The notes under the pieces were generated by a model. That model was not told the origin of the DNA. It saw only the letters and a program-made list of their open reading frames with translations, and did not search any database. Shown here piece by piece: positions 63,121 through 64,000 of a stretch of DNA of 64,000 nt. Made by a program: the position numbers and the translations under genes. This stretch comes from Octopus vulgaris (lineage: Eukaryota): the NCBI GenBank assembly GCA_951406725.2, contig OX597816.1, forward strand, positions 129,828,001 through 129,892,000, given 5' to 3'. Numbering within the stretch: the first letter of the stretch is position 1; the number at the start of each line of letters is the position of its first letter.

Positions 63121-63535
63121 AGGCGCAGGAGTGGCTGCGTGGTAAGTAGCTTGCTTACCAACCAAATGGTTCCGGGTTCAGTCACACTGCGTGGCACCTT
63201 GGGCAAGTGTCTTCTACTATAGCCTCGGGCCGACCAAAGCCTTGTGAGTGGATTTGGTAGGCGGAAACTGAAAGAAGCCCGTCGTATATTTGTGTGTGTG
63301 TGTGTGTGTGTCTGTGTGTGTGTGTGTGTTTGTGTGTCGGTGTTTGTCCCCCCAGCATCGCTTGACAACCGATGGTGGTGTGTTTACGTCCCCGTAACTT
63401 AGCGGTTCAGCAAAAGACACCGATAGAATAAGTACTAGGCTTCCAAAGAATAAGTCCTGCGGTCGATTTGCTCGACTAAAGGCGATGCTCCAGCAAGGCC
63501 GCAGTCAAATGACTGAAACAAGTAAGAGTAAAAGA
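63121..63535 (+). mobile_element. Family-A CORE-like SINE, full-length reference copy
   Basis: A box tggctgcgtgg, B box ggttcagtc, CORE-like gcaccttgggcaagtgtctt, internal (GT)n, tail gactgaaacaagtaagag. Confidence 0.92.
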
Positions 63536-63655
63536 GTATTTAGTTTCTTACTGCAAGGTTCTGGGTTCGATTCACTCCAGGGTTTCGATTTGGCCTGTTA
63601 TCATTCTAGAATACAAGCATCACCGTCTCTCTCTCTCTTCTATCCTCTGTGTGAG

Positions 63656-63707
<52 letters not shown>

Positions 63708-63894
63708 ATGAGAGGGTTGATAGGTGATAAGGAGAATATAATTCCAAGTTTGTGAATGTGGGTGTCATTGAGTCACCTTTGGGCTAGGTATGGATGGTCT
63801 ATAGGCTTGGCAACTGGATAGAAACAAGATGGATTATATGCGCAATCTGCACACCTGTAGTAAGAGGGTGTCGGTTCAGAGCTTATTTCTAAAC

Positions 63895-64000
63895 AGCACA
63901 CACGCACACGTGTGTATATGTATACATATATATATATGTGTGTGTGTGTGTGTGAGTGTGTGTGTGTGTGTGTGTGTGTATGTATATATGTGTGTGAGTG
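63895..64000. repeat. Compound (CA)/(TA)/(TG) microsatellite
   Basis: Direct reading. Confidence 0.9.

Overview
AT-rich, repeat-dense animal non-coding DNA. The SINE families and the density of (TA)n/(CA)n microsatellites resemble Octopus/coleoid cephalopod genomic DNA (recognised from sequence character, not confirmed by a search). I found no intact protein-coding gene. Nearly all ORF-track entries are microsatellite or SINE artefacts. The window is a mosaic of tRNA-derived SINEs (a CORE-like family, a Meta-domain family often in head-to-tail arrays, and modular chimeric families) and decayed transposons: Tigger/pogo, Tc1, Merlin, hAT MITEs, Helitron, Penelope, an RLE-type LINE and Tx1/L1 ORF1 copies. 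The most notable items are: (1) a TSD-bounded 1.8-kb ORF1-only, half-L1-like Tx1/L1 derivative inserted into a SINE head; (2) a TSD-bounded SINE dimer carrying the same 26-nt 3' motif as that element; (3) a textbook AG|GTAAGT recursive-splice-site candidate; (4) minimal hammerhead-ribozyme motifs; and (5) a few weak candidate exons on the + strand.
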